Shown piece by piece: positions 10,346 through 20,173 of a stretch of DNA of 64,000 nt (positions are counted from its first letter, which is position 1; the number at the start of each line of letters is the position of its first letter). The notes under the pieces are model-generated. The model had not been told where the DNA came from. It worked only from the letters and a program-made list of their open reading frames with translations, and ran no database searches. The DNA is taken from the NCBI GenBank assembly GCA_965279375.1, contig OZ257156.1, forward strand, positions 1,184,001-1,248,000, in the 5' to 3' direction. The translations under genes and the position numbers were made by a program. The stretch comes from Gemmatimonas sp. (lineage in GTDB: Bacteria > Gemmatimonadota > Gemmatimonadetes > Gemmatimonadales > Gemmatimonadaceae).

Positions 10346-11797
10346 TTACTTGCCGATGCAGAACTCGCGAAACAGCACGTCCAGCACATCGTCGGTGCCC
10401 ACCGCACCGATCACGCTGCCCAGTGCATCGCGCGCACCCTGCAAATGCACAGCAATCACCGTCGGTGGCAAGGCACCACCGCGCCACGCGTCGAGAAACG
10501 CCGCGATCTCGGCGCGCGCCTCGGCCACACCCGCGCGCTGACGTTCACGCGTCAGCATCACCGTCTCCACACCACCGTCGTTGGGTATAGCCTCGTCCTG
10601 AAGCCGCGCAGCCAGCGTTTCGTCGATGCGCGTGAGCAGCGCCGAAAGCCCGGCACCGGTTTCGGCACTCACCGCTGATAGGTGCTTGTACGCGCCTGAC
10701 GAGTCGTGTGAAGACTCGTGTTCGGGCTGCAGGTCGATCTTGGTATGCACCGCGATCACCCGCGCACTCGTGTGCGCCGCGACCACGTCGACGGTTGTCT
10801 GCACGTCACGCGCCGATGCGCCGCACGCCAGCACGATCTGTGCGTTTGCCAGGTAGCGCGTGCTCACCTCGATGCCTAGTCGCTCGATCTCGTCGGTGGT
10901 GTCTCGAAGCCCCGCCGTATCCACAAATCGCAACGGCGTCGGGCGCCGATCCAACACCGCCTCGATGGCGTCGCGCGTGGTACCAGCGATCGGTGTGACC
11001 AGTGCGCGCGACTCGCCAAGTAGCGCGTTGAAGAGCGACGACTTTCCGGCGTTTGGCGGACCTGCGATCACCACCAACGCACCATCACGCAACAGCGCAG
11101 CGCGCGGCGCCGTCGCCAGCAATGCGTCGAGCGAGTCGAGCAGTGCCTCCGCGCTCTGCGTGACGCGCTCCGGCGCGATCGGTCCGTCGTCCTCGCCAGG
11201 GAAATCGATGTCGTAGGCGATCAGCGCCTCCAGCATCAGCATCTCGTCGCGCAACGCAGCAAAACGACGCGACAATCCACCATCCAGCTGCGACAGCGCC
11301 TGTGCCTGCATCGCCACCGATCGCGCGTCGATCAGATCCGCCACTGCTTCCGCCTGCACCAAGTCCATTCGGCCGTTCACGACAGCACGACGTGTGAACT
11401 CGCCTGGCAGCGCCATACGCGCGCCCGCTGCCACGCATGCCGCCAATACCGTCGCCGGCACCACGCGCCCACCGTGCGTGCTCAGCTCGAGCAGATCTTC
11501 ACCGGTGTACGAGCGCGGCGCGCCAAACCACGTCGCGATCGCATCGTCGATCGGTGTGCCATCGACGGGATGGCGCAGCGTCACGCGCGTTGCAGACCGT
11601 GCCGACAACGCGCCAATTCCCAGCGCGTCGGCAATCTGCCGCGCGCGCGCTCCGCTGACGCGAATCGTCGCCAGCGCACCGCGACCGATCGTGGTCGCGA
11701 TCGCCGCGATCGTATCGGCACCATCTGCAAGCAACGACGCGCTGCGCGGCAAAGCCGGCAGCGCGTCATCAGCGTCATTCATCGCGAACTCAGGCAT
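10346..11797 (-). CDS. mnmE: tRNA modification GTPase MnmE
   Basis: SYTGED, GEFTRRA, GPPNAGKSS, GTTRD, DTAG, C-terminal FCIGK. Confidence 0.97.
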   Translation of the reverse strand: MPEFAMNDADDALPALPRSASLLADGADTIAAIATTIGRGALATIRVSGARARQIADALGIGALSARSATRVTLRHPVDGTPIDDAIATWFGAPRSYTGEDLLELSTHGGRVVPATVLAACVAAGARMALPGEFTRRAVVNGRMDLVQAEAVADLIDARSVAMQAQALSQLDGGLSRRFAALRDEMLMLEALIAYDIDFPGEDDGPIAPERVTQSAEALLDSLDALLATAPRAALLRDGALVVIAGPPNAGKSSLFNALLGESRALVTPIAGTTRDAIEAVLDRRPTPLRFVDTAGLRDTTDEIERLGIEVSTRYLANAQIVLACGASARDVQTTVDVVAAHTSARVIAVHTKIDLQPEHESSHDSSGAYKHLSAVSAETGAGLSALLTRIDETLAARLQDEAIPNDGGVETVMLTRERQRAGVAEARAEIAAFLDAWRGGALPPTVIAVHLQGARDALGSVIGAVGTDDVLDVLFREFCIGK

Positions 11798-11814
11798 CGC
11801 CCGCCTGCACGCTG

Positions 11815-13530
11815 CTATCCCTGCACCAACGGCGTGATCTTTCCGCGCTCACGCGCGATCAGCCACTGCTGCGGCAGCGACGCAAGGTTCTGCACGAGAT
11901 AGTACAGGTTGAGGCCCGCGGCCATGTTCAGGAAGATGAAGAGCATCATCGCCGGCATCATGTACATCATGATCTTCTGCTGCTCGTTCGCCTTCACGCC
12001 CTTCATGCCGATCCACGACAAGCCAATCGCCGTGATCGCCACCAGAATGGGCAGGACGTAGAAGGGATCCTTGATCGAGATGTCGGACAGCCACATGAAC
12101 GAGACGCCGCGGAACTCGATGGTGTTCTGGAAGACGAAGAACAGGGCGAAGAAGACCGGCAGTGGCACCAGCATCGGCAAGCATCCCGACAGCGAGCTGA
12201 GTGGGCTCATGCCGTGCTGCTTGTACACCTCCATCATCGCGGCCTGCAGCTTCTGCGGGTCGCCCTTGTATTTGGTCTGGATCGCCTGCAACTCGGGCTG
12301 AATGCGCTGCATCGCCATCGAGCTGCGCATCGCGCGCTGGTTGAGCGGCCAAAGGACAATGCGCACGGCAATGCCGAACAGCACCAGAATCCAGCCGTAC
12401 GACAATCCCAGCGATGCCTTCATCAACAACAGCAACTTGATGACGAGCGTCGCAAAGGGCTGAACGACACCCTGCAGCCATCCGCCATACGGGTTGGACG
12501 TTTCGAACTCACGTCCGACCGCCACCAGTCGCGAGAACTCCTGCGGACCGGCGTACAGCTCGAAGTTCGCGGAGCCGGCCTTGAGCGGTGCGATCACCGT
12601 CGCCTGTGCACGCGTGGCGACTTTGCCGGTCCGCACACCGCCCGCAAAATCCACCTCGGCGAAGCCGGGCTGGCCAGCGGGCGTCAGCAGACCTACGAGG
12701 AAGTACTTGTTCTTCGCGACCACCCACGTCAGCGGTCCGGTGGCGATTTCGCGCTCTCCCGGATCCATCGAGCCGAACGTCACACCCTTCGCGCTCTGCT
12801 TTTCGGGCTTGTAGGCGTACGCGAGATGATTCGCATCTTCCAGCGTATCCGCTTCGGACGAACGAAAGCCGGGCGGCAGATCGACGAGCAGGAAGCTGCT
12901 GGCCGACTCCCCACCCACCTGCGCCGCGATGTTCACGCGGTAGCTGTCCGGCGCAAACGAATACGTGATGCTGATGGGGCGCGAGGCCACGGTCGCCTCG
13001 TAGCGCACGATGGAGCGACCGTTTTCGGTGCTCTGCGTCGTCGTGAACCGCTCCTTGTCGAGGCGCACGGTGTCGCCCGGCAGCACGAGGCGGAACGACA
13101 GCAACCGATCGGCGGCCGAGGCCAACTCGACAGCGCCGCCCTTGGTGCGACCGCGATCCTTGAGCGTCGGATACTGCGTCAGCTCGGCACCGATCAACGA
13201 CGCGCCCAGGTTGGACGTGCGATACACGGCACGCGCGGTCTTCACAGAGGTGGTGTCCACGCTCTGCGCGACAGGCTGTGCGGCCGCAGCGGCGTCGGGC
13301 GTCGCGCCGATCGCGGCCGTTGCAGTCGGCGCGGCGCCCGCAGTCGCCGGCGTCTGTGCGGCAGCCGCCACGGCAGGCGTGGTGGTTGACGCGCTGTCCG
13401 TGCGCGAGAGCGAGTCGGTCACGACCACGCCTGACCCCGGCGCCGGCTTCGGCGTGGGAAACAGGAGCGGAGTAACGACAAGGACGGCGGCCATCAGAGC
13501 GACGGCCAAGGCAATGCGGCGTGGTTCCAT
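11815..13530 (-). CDS. yidC: Membrane protein insertase YidC
   Basis: N-terminal TM, periplasmic domain, GCLPML, WLSDIS..DP, GLNLYY; canonical locus. Confidence 0.96.
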   Translation of the reverse strand: MEPRRIALAVALMAAVLVVTPLLFPTPKPAPGSGVVVTDSLSRTDSASTTTPAVAAAAQTPATAGAAPTATAAIGATPDAAAAAQPVAQSVDTTSVKTARAVYRTSNLGASLIGAELTQYPTLKDRGRTKGGAVELASAADRLLSFRLVLPGDTVRLDKERFTTTQSTENGRSIVRYEATVASRPISITYSFAPDSYRVNIAAQVGGESASSFLLVDLPPGFRSSEADTLEDANHLAYAYKPEKQSAKGVTFGSMDPGEREIATGPLTWVVAKNKYFLVGLLTPAGQPGFAEVDFAGGVRTGKVATRAQATVIAPLKAGSANFELYAGPQEFSRLVAVGREFETSNPYGGWLQGVVQPFATLVIKLLLLMKASLGLSYGWILVLFGIAVRIVLWPLNQRAMRSSMAMQRIQPELQAIQTKYKGDPQKLQAAMMEVYKQHGMSPLSSLSGCLPMLVPLPVFFALFFVFQNTIEFRGVSFMWLSDISIKDPFYVLPILVAITAIGLSWIGMKGVKANEQQKIMMYMMPAMMLFIFLNMAAGLNLYYLVQNLASLPQQWLIARERGKITPLVQG

Positions 13531-13581
13531 GAGTCGAAAGAGGTACGCCGAGGGCTGCTCGATCGCGCGACAACCGCGCGC

Positions 13582-13887
13582 TCAAGGGACCGGGTCGAAG
13601 CCCCCGGGCCGGAAAGGATGGCAGCGCCCGATACGACGAAGGGCCAGCCATCCGCCGCGCATCGCACCATGGCGCTCGAGCGCCTCGATCGCGTACGCGG
13701 AACAGGAAGGATAATAACGGCACGCTCCCCCGAAGATGGGAGAGAGTGTCACCTGATATCCGCGAACGGCGAGGATCAGGAGTGTGCGCGGCAGCTGTGC
13801 GACCGAACGGGCGACGAAGCGCACACCAGATGGCGCGCCAACGGAGGCACGGGTAAGGTCGCGGGAAGACAGCCGGGCAGATGACAC
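13582..13887 (-). CDS. yidD: Membrane protein insertion efficiency factor YidD
   Basis: [11 protein letters not shown]...[15 protein letters not shown]; true start may be downstream. Confidence 0.95.
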   Translation of the reverse strand: MSSARLSSRDLTRASVGAPSGVRFVARSVAQLPRTLLILAVRGYQVTLSPIFGGACRYYPSCSAYAIEALERHGAMRGGWLALRRIGRCHPFRPGGFDPVP

Positions 13888-13895
13888 GAGCAGCC

Positions 13896-14273
13896 CTACG
13901 GTGCGCGACGCGGTGTGGTGTCGTCCGACATCGAGGGCAGGGAAGCGTGCGCTAACGTGCGCGCCACCTGCAGCACTTCCTCGCGCAGCACATCGAAGTC
14001 GCGCGTGTATGCGACCGGCGCGACGCGCAGCACGACATCCATGGGACGCAACGTGGGAAGCAGTTCGAGGCGCACGAGTTCCCTCAGGCGACGCTTGAGT
14101 CGATTGCGGTCGACGCCCGAATGTTTGTACTTCGGGATGACGAAGCCGACCCGTGGAAACACACGAAGGGAAGCGACGGCGCGCACATCCATCGAGGCCG
14201 TGCGCACCCGCTTCCCTTGATGTCGAACCCGCTCGAGTTCGGTCCCGCGTGTCAGCCGTTGCGCACGCGGGAA
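13896..14273 (-). CDS. rnpA: RNase P protein component (start codon unresolved)
   Basis: RVGFVIPK...[15 protein letters not shown] motif; homology extends upstream of the ORF-track GTG (14207) to FPRAQRLTR at 14273. Confidence 0.9.
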   Translation of the reverse strand, partial: FPRAQRLTRGTELERVRHQGKRVRTASMDVRAVASLRVFPRVGFVIPKYKHSGVDRNRLKRRLRELVRLELLPTLRPMDVVLRVAPVAYTRDFDVLREEVLQVARTLAHASLPSMSDDTTPRRAP

Positions 14274-14283
14274 CGAACGAGAC

Positions 14284-14448
14284 TCAGACGCCCGCGTACT
14301 TCGAGGGGATCTGCACGGTGAGACGCTTGCGCCCCTTCTTGCGGCGGCGGCTCAGAACGGCGCGACCCCACTTGTCTTCCATGCGCAGCCGGAAGCCATG
14401 CTTGCGGAGACGCTTGATGTTGCGGGGGTTGTACGTGGGCTTGCCCAT
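14284..14448 (-). CDS. rpmH: 50S ribosomal protein L34
   Basis: [23 protein letters not shown]...[18 protein letters not shown]. Confidence 0.97.
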   Translation of the reverse strand: MGKPTYNPRNIKRLRKHGFRLRMEDKWGRAVLSRRRKKGRKRLTVQIPSKYAGV

Positions 14449-14566
14449 AAGAATCTCGTGCGGTGACTGGCGATTGCAGCCGGAACACTGGTCGCACCCG
14501 GGGTGCGACACACCATCATCGGCAGACTTGAAACGAACGTAGAAACGGCGGAAGGTGCAGCCTCGC

Positions 14567-14596
14567 AACTTACGCTCGGCTATGGCTTTCGGTCAA
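14567..14596 (-). promoter_or_regulatory. Putative sigma70 promoter of the rpmH operon
   Basis: TTGACC-N18-TAAGTT on the minus strand. Confidence 0.5.
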
Positions 14597-14647
14597 GGTC
14601 AATCACGTCTCTTGCCCCCACTCACGAACCCACAGCGAGTCACGCAA

Positions 14648-14677
14648 TTGACTTATCCACATCCGGAGCGGTAGCTT
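14648..14677 (+). promoter_or_regulatory. Putative dnaA promoter with overlapping consensus DnaA box
   Basis: TTGACT (14648)-N18-TAGCTT (14672); TTATCCACA at 14653-14661. Confidence 0.7.
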
Positions 14678-14742
14678 CGCCCCCCCGAGTCGGCCTCGCA
14701 CGTTGCGATATACCGACCGGTCACCGCCATCCGCCCCACTGA

Positions 14743-16161
14743 ATGTCGCTCTCGCCCGCCGAACTCTGGGATCGCCTGCGCCAGCGCGCGCGCCAGGTGC
14801 TGCCGGAGCAGACGTACCGCACGTGGCTCGAGCCGACAGAAGCACTGGCAGTGGAGGGCGACACGCTGATGGTGGGCTCTCCGGACCAGTTCTCCGCCGA
14901 CTGGAACGAGTCCAAGCACGCCGACCTGCTCGCCAGCTTCAGCCCGGTCGCACTGGGCCATCCCCTCAAAGTCCGCTTCAAAGTCCACGAGGAACGCGTC
15001 GGTCGCGTCCAGATGGACATGTTCGTCGCGCCTCCGCCAGCGCCAGTTGTCGCGACACCAAAGCAGCAGCAATCGCGTATATCGACGCCACTTAACCCGA
15101 GATACACGTTCGACCAGTTCGTCATCGGTAAGTCCAACGACGTCGCCGCTGCCGCCGCACAGGCCGCCGCCCAGGCACCCGGCAAAGTCTACAACCCGCT
15201 CTTCATCTACGGCGAAACCGGACTCGGCAAAACGCACCTCATGCAAGGCATCGCCCATGAGCTGCTCCGCCGAACCCCAACCCTCCGACTCGCCTACGTC
15301 GGCACCGAGCAGTTCACCAATGAGTTCGTCTCGGCCATCCAGACCGGCCAGATGGGGGACTTCCGACGCCGCTTCCGCGAAATCGACCTGCTCCTGGTCG
15401 ACGACGTCCAGTTCCTGAAGGGGAAGGAATCCACGCAGGAAGAATTCTTCCACACCTTCAACGCCATCTATGAGGCTGGACGGCAGATCGTCCTCACCTC
15501 CGATCGGCCGCCCAAAGAGATCCCGGGACTCGAATCCCGCCTCGTCTCGCGGTTCGAATGGGGCATGGTCGCCAACATCGACGCCCCAGACCTCGAACAC
15601 CGCATCGCCATCCTGAAGAAGAAGGCGAGCCTCGATCACCTCGAGCTCACCATCCCCGACGAAGTCATCGAGTTCATCGCGCAACACGTGAAGTCCTCCG
15701 TGCGCGAACTCGAAGGCTCGATCATCAAGCTGCTGGCCTACGCGTCACTCAAGCACCGCGACATTTCCGTCGACCTCGCCCGCGAAGCGCTCCGCGACAA
15801 ACTCCGCGGCAGCGCCAGCTCCGAATTCCCGGAAATCCCCCCCACCTCCATCACGGTCGCCACCATCCAGCAGGTGGTCTCCCGCGAGTGGGGCGTCACC
15901 CCCGACGGCCTGCGCTCCAAAACCCGCACCAAACAGCTCACAGGGCCCCGCCAGGTCGCGATGTACCTCTGTCGCGAACTCCTCGCCCTGCAGCTCGTCG
16001 AAATCGGCAACGCATTCGGTGGACGCGACCACTCCACGGTCATTCATTCGCTCGATCGCGTCGCCGAAGACATGGCCGGCGAACCCGGTTTTGCCGACCG
16101 CGTACTCAAGGTGCGAGGCATGTTGGAAACCCTGCGGACAACTGGACAACTGGGCACCTGA
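14743..16161 (+). CDS. dnaA: Chromosomal replication initiator DnaA
   Basis: YNPLFIYGETGLGKTHL, LLVDDVQFL, QEEFFHTFN, GGRDHSTV. Confidence 0.99.
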   Translation: MSLSPAELWDRLRQRARQVLPEQTYRTWLEPTEALAVEGDTLMVGSPDQFSADWNESKHADLLASFSPVALGHPLKVRFKVHEERVGRVQMDMFVAPPPAPVVATPKQQQSRISTPLNPRYTFDQFVIGKSNDVAAAAAQAAAQAPGKVYNPLFIYGETGLGKTHLMQGIAHELLRRTPTLRLAYVGTEQFTNEFVSAIQTGQMGDFRRRFREIDLLLVDDVQFLKGKESTQEEFFHTFNAIYEAGRQIVLTSDRPPKEIPGLESRLVSRFEWGMVANIDAPDLEHRIAILKKKASLDHLELTIPDEVIEFIAQHVKSSVRELEGSIIKLLAYASLKHRDISVDLAREALRDKLRGSASSEFPEIPPTSITVATIQQVVSREWGVTPDGLRSKTRTKQLTGPRQVAMYLCRELLALQLVEIGNAFGGRDHSTVIHSLDRVAEDMAGEPGFADRVLKVRGMLETLRTTGQLGT

Positions 16162-16394
16162 GTCCCCACTCCCCCACATCACTCCACAGTCGAGCACCTC
16201 GCTCAAGTGGATCAGTGGTGAGTCCCGCCCGCAGTGAACATCGAATGCACATGATCAGACGTGGCGAAAGTTCTTCGCCCAGCGTAGGTTGCACCGCTTG
16301 TAGACAAGTCCACACGCCCTACTGCTACTACCTGTTTTTTATCTAAGAGTACTTCTAACAGCAGTCACTCCACAGAACGGGCAGAAACACCCGC
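16162..16394. other. Replication origin oriC (DnaA boxes, DnaA-trios, AT-rich unwinding element)
   Basis: dnaA-dnaN gap; TGTAGACAA/AAGTCCACA box pair 16299-16314, CGCC, CTACTGCTACTAC trios 16319-16331, then TTTTTTATCTAA. Confidence 0.8.
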
Positions 16395-17507
16395 ATGCGC
16401 TTCACGATCTCGCGCGAGAAACTCCTCGAAGGACTTCAGGCGGTCACGCCAGCCGTCCCGGCCAAGACCACCCTCCCGGTCCTGTCGAACCTGCTCGTCG
16501 AAACGACGGAGCGGGGCATTCGCCTGTCGGCCACCGACCTCGATATCGCCGTCAGCACGGAAGTTGTGGCCGATGTCGAAACCGCCGGCGCCATCACGAT
16601 CCCCGCCAAGAAGCTCAGCGAGATCGTGCGCGAACTGCCGCCATCACCGGTCAAACTCAGCGCCACCGGCGAACAGCGCATCTCGCTCGAGTGCGGACGC
16701 TCCAAGTTCAAGCTGCTCGGACTGCCGCGTGACGAGTTCCCCACGTTCCCCAGCGTCCGCTTCCAGGACGCGTGGCGCGTGAAGTCGGGTGAGCTGCAAA
16801 AGCTCATTCACCACACCGCGTTCGCCGTCAGCACCGAAGAGTCACGCCCGATCCTGAACGGCGTCCTCTGGGAATTGCGCGACGACAAGATGCGCATGGT
16901 CGCGACCAACGGGCATCGCTTGGCGAAGATGGAGGTGCCGGTAGATGGCAGCACAGCGCCCTCCAGCGACCTCATTGTGCCACCAAAAGCCCTCGAACAG
17001 ATCCGACGCCTGTTCCCGGCCGAAGAAGAGCTGGAAATCGCTCGTGGCGACAACCACCTGGGCTTCCGCTCGCCGTTCACCTCGGTGTTCACCCGCCTCG
17101 TCGAAGGGCCGTATCCCAACTACGAGCAGGTCATCCCGAAGGACAACGATCGCTACTGCCTCGCCGACAAAGCCGCGCTCACCAGCGCGCTCAAGCGCAT
17201 GTCGGTCATCGCGTCCGATCAGACGCACCGCATCAAGATGTCGTTCAACTCCGGCATGCTGAAGTTCAGCGTCACCACGCCGGACCTGGGCGAAGCACAG
17301 GACGAACTCCCGGTGCAGTACACCGGCGATCAGCTGGACATCGGCTTCAATGCCACCTACCTGCTCGAAATCCTGCGCTACATGCCCACCGAGCAGATCC
17401 GCCTCACCTTCAAGGCTCCGGAACGCGCTGCGACCATCGAACCCGAAGGCTGGGACGATGCCAGCAAGTATCTCTGCCTGGTGATGCCGCTCCGCTTGAT
17501 GGACTGA
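16395..17507 (+). CDS. dnaN: DNA polymerase III beta clamp
   Basis: ATDLDI, SRPILNGV, VATNGHRL, GPYPNYEQVIP, LVMPLRL. Confidence 0.99.
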   Translation: MRFTISREKLLEGLQAVTPAVPAKTTLPVLSNLLVETTERGIRLSATDLDIAVSTEVVADVETAGAITIPAKKLSEIVRELPPSPVKLSATGEQRISLECGRSKFKLLGLPRDEFPTFPSVRFQDAWRVKSGELQKLIHHTAFAVSTEESRPILNGVLWELRDDKMRMVATNGHRLAKMEVPVDGSTAPSSDLIVPPKALEQIRRLFPAEEELEIARGDNHLGFRSPFTSVFTRLVEGPYPNYEQVIPKDNDRYCLADKAALTSALKRMSVIASDQTHRIKMSFNSGMLKFSVTTPDLGEAQDELPVQYTGDQLDIGFNATYLLEILRYMPTEQIRLTFKAPERAATIEPEGWDDASKYLCLVMPLRLMD

Positions 17508-17543
17508 GATCTCACGTCGTCACGGGCGATCGATCACGCGTAG

Positions 17544-18449
17544 TCAGCGAAGATTGGTCGCCCGGACCGTGAGCTGTTGCACCACCCGCTGCATGCGCGG
17601 CGTGCCACGACTGCGATCGGTGAGCTGCAAGGTCAGCGTCCCCTCGCCCTCCAGCTGCAGCAACGCGCCCGAGGTGGCATCCACCCGCACCTCGTCGCTC
17701 CCGGTACCACTCCCCGTGAGCTCGAGCGCGCGCCATGCCGACGCCAACTTGCCCTCCATGCGCGTGCTCGTCTGACGACGCACGGTCACCGTCGCGCCGG
17801 ACGCACCCTGCTCGATGCGACGCGCCTCGTACTCGCTTTGCGTGCGCACGGTGATCGGAATGCCCACGCGACAGACAATGCTCACGGTGCTGTCGCGCCA
17901 GCGATCACCCTCCGACAGCGTTGCCGGAATGCGCACGACGAGATCGCGCACCAACGCCGTCGCACCCGCCTCCGGTCGGTCGCACTCGTTCGCCAACGGG
18001 GGACGCGTTGCCACCAACAGACGCAGACCATCGAGGACCGCGTCGAAGGAGACAGGGCCTAACGGCGCGGGCGCTGCTGCCGACGACGCTCCAGGCGCGG
18101 ACACGCCCGCAACCTCCACACGTACTGCGAACGAGTCCACACGTCCACTGCTGCGGAGAGCACCGTCCGCCGTGCGCTGGAGCGACATGCTGACGAGGCC
18201 GCGACTCTCCACGCGCTGCTCGTCCTTGCGACCAGCGCTGTCACGCTGCACGCGCGCACTCACGCGGACGTCGTACTGTCGCGTGGCGACTGCGGCGGCG
18301 ATGGCGACACGCGGCGCTGCGATCACGACCGGTGGCGGCGTTTCCGGACGCGGCGTCGGCATGGGTACCGGCGCGGGCGCAGGGGGCGCACCACACGCCA
18401 CGACAGCCACGCATGCACCGACGAGCACGCGCGATGTCGCGGCGGACAT
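17544..18449 (-). CDS. Hypothetical lipoprotein
   Basis: MSAATSRVLVGACVAVVAC lipobox-like leader, Pro-rich linker, beta-rich body. Confidence 0.6.
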   Translation of the reverse strand: MSAATSRVLVGACVAVVACGAPPAPAPVPMPTPRPETPPPVVIAAPRVAIAAAVATRQYDVRVSARVQRDSAGRKDEQRVESRGLVSMSLQRTADGALRSSGRVDSFAVRVEVAGVSAPGASSAAAPAPLGPVSFDAVLDGLRLLVATRPPLANECDRPEAGATALVRDLVVRIPATLSEGDRWRDSTVSIVCRVGIPITVRTQSEYEARRIEQGASGATVTVRRQTSTRMEGKLASAWRALELTGSGTGSDEVRVDATSGALLQLEGEGTLTLQLTDRSRGTPRMQRVVQQLTVRATNLR

Positions 18450-18540
18450 CACCCGCGCAACGCGGCAAGACTGGAGTTGTAAAGACGCGCGCAGCGGCTG
18501 ACCCATCGATGAACAAACCGACGAAGTGAAAACAGAGTAC

Positions 18541-18966
18541 GGGGCGATCGCCGGCCTATAAGCCGGGTTCTGTCGGTGCACTCACACGCGAGCGCGCTCG
18601 TACACCGGACGGTCATTCCTCTCGGCGTTCAGTCACCCGAACGCTCCAGCAGCCTACCCGCGGCTCGATGTCGTGAAACACCGTGGTCGAGACGGGCCGT
18701 CTCTCGCCGCTTATTTGGCCTTGCTCCGGCTGGGGTTTGCCTTGCCGCTGACGTTGCCGCCAACGCGGTGAGCTCTTACCCCACCGTTTCACCCTTACCG
18801 TTGCTTGCACAACGGCGGTTTGTTTTCTGTTGCACTGTCCGTCACCGGCAGCTCACGCCACCAGTGCCCAGGCATTACCTGGCAACCTGCCCTGTGGAGC
18901 CCGGACTTTCCTCGGCGGTTGCAGCTCGCGCTGCTCCCATCGCGACCGTCCGGCCGACGACCTCCC
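18541..18966 (-). ncRNA. rnpB: RNase P RNA (type A)
   Basis: GAGGAAAGUCCGGGCUC, GGGUGAAACGGUGGGGUAAGAG and ACAGAACCCGGCUUAUA conserved blocks; 5' and 3' ends pair as P1; TATATT -10 just upstream. Confidence 0.96.
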
Positions 18967-19159
18967 GTGCTGCAATATACCCCGCGTTGCACCAGCGCGT
19001 CCGCATCAACCTGTCAACGAAAGCCGAACACAAAAAGACGCCGTCGTGCTCGTCATCACGCACGTCCATGACATCGTGCTGACACGCATCGCTACTCTCA
19101 CCACGGGGATCCGGATCTCTCGAGCACACCTGCACGCTCCACCCTGTCGCGATGCATCC

Positions 19160-20173
19160 ATGACTCCAGATGCCGTACCGCCGCGCACACGACTCAGCGC
19201 ACGCACCACCACACACGCCGCCGACGGCGCTGTCGCCACCTTCCTCACGCCCGCCGAACGCCAACGGGTCGATGCAGCCGGCGAAGGCTGCTACCAGACA
19301 CTCCACCGCGAAAGTCTCGACGAACTCCTCGTCGATCTTCGCACACAACACGTCTCTGCCGTCCTCGTCTCCGTCGCACGCTACCAGCAACAGGACGCAC
19401 CGCAGATGGCACGCCTCGTTCGCGAATTCCCACGCGTACCCGCCGTCGCCCTCCTCACCGGCGCCGAACCGCGCACCACGCAATCCCTCCTCGCACTGGG
19501 CCAGCACGGCGTCCGCGCGCTCGTCGATGTCCGAGATCCGCGCGGATGGCGCGAGCTGCGTCACCTCGTCTCGGCCGAGCGCGGCGAATCCATCGAACGA
19601 CTCGCCATCGCACGCATCAGCGCCGACTTGCATGGCGCTCCGGCAGACTGCCTTCGCTTCTTGGAGCAGCTGTTCCTGAGCCCACCATCGCTCACCACGG
19701 TGCGACAGCTCGCACGCGAGATGGGAGTGCTCCCCAGCACCTTCATGAGCCGCTTCTTTCGCGCGAAGCTCCCCGCACCCAAGCGCTACCTCGCCATGGC
19801 CCGTCTCGTCCGCGCCGCACGCCTCTTCGAGAATCCTGGGCTCAGCATCTCACACGTCGCGTATCATCTCGACTACTCGTCGCCGCAAAGCTTCTCGCGA
19901 CACGTACACGCATTGCTCCAATGCACGGCCGTCGAATTCCGCCGCACCTTCGACGGCGAGGGCATGCTCGATCGCATGCGCCAGGATCTCGTCATTCCGT
20001 ATCGCGACGCCCTGCACGCCTTCGAACCGTTCACCGTGCCGCCATCATGGAGCATCGTCCGCGCTCGCAGCACCGATCGCCACCACAACGCACTCAACGA
20101 TGACGCCACGCCGACCGGGAATGCGGCCCGCCGCGTAGCGAAAGTCCAACTAGGCGGCAGCGCGGCGTCCTGA
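19160..20173 (+). CDS. AraC family transcriptional regulator with receiver-like N-terminus
   Basis: RLVRAARLF...[20 protein letters not shown]raC HTH. Confidence 0.85.
   Translation: MTPDAVPPRTRLSARTTTHAADGAVATFLTPAERQRVDAAGEGCYQTLHRESLDELLVDLRTQHVSAVLVSVARYQQQDAPQMARLVREFPRVPAVALLTGAEPRTTQSLLALGQHGVRALVDVRDPRGWRELRHLVSAERGESIERLAIARISADLHGAPADCLRFLEQLFLSPPSLTTVRQLAREMGVLPSTFMSRFFRAKLPAPKRYLAMARLVRAARLFENPGLSISHVAYHLDYSSPQSFSRHVHALLQCTAVEFRRTFDGEGMLDRMRQDLVIPYRDALHAFEPFTVPPSWSIVRARSTDRHHNALNDDATPTGNAARRVAKVQLGGSAAS

Noticed and set aside
18576..19082. ORFs overlapping 18.5-19 kb
   Set aside because: The region is the RNase P RNA gene.
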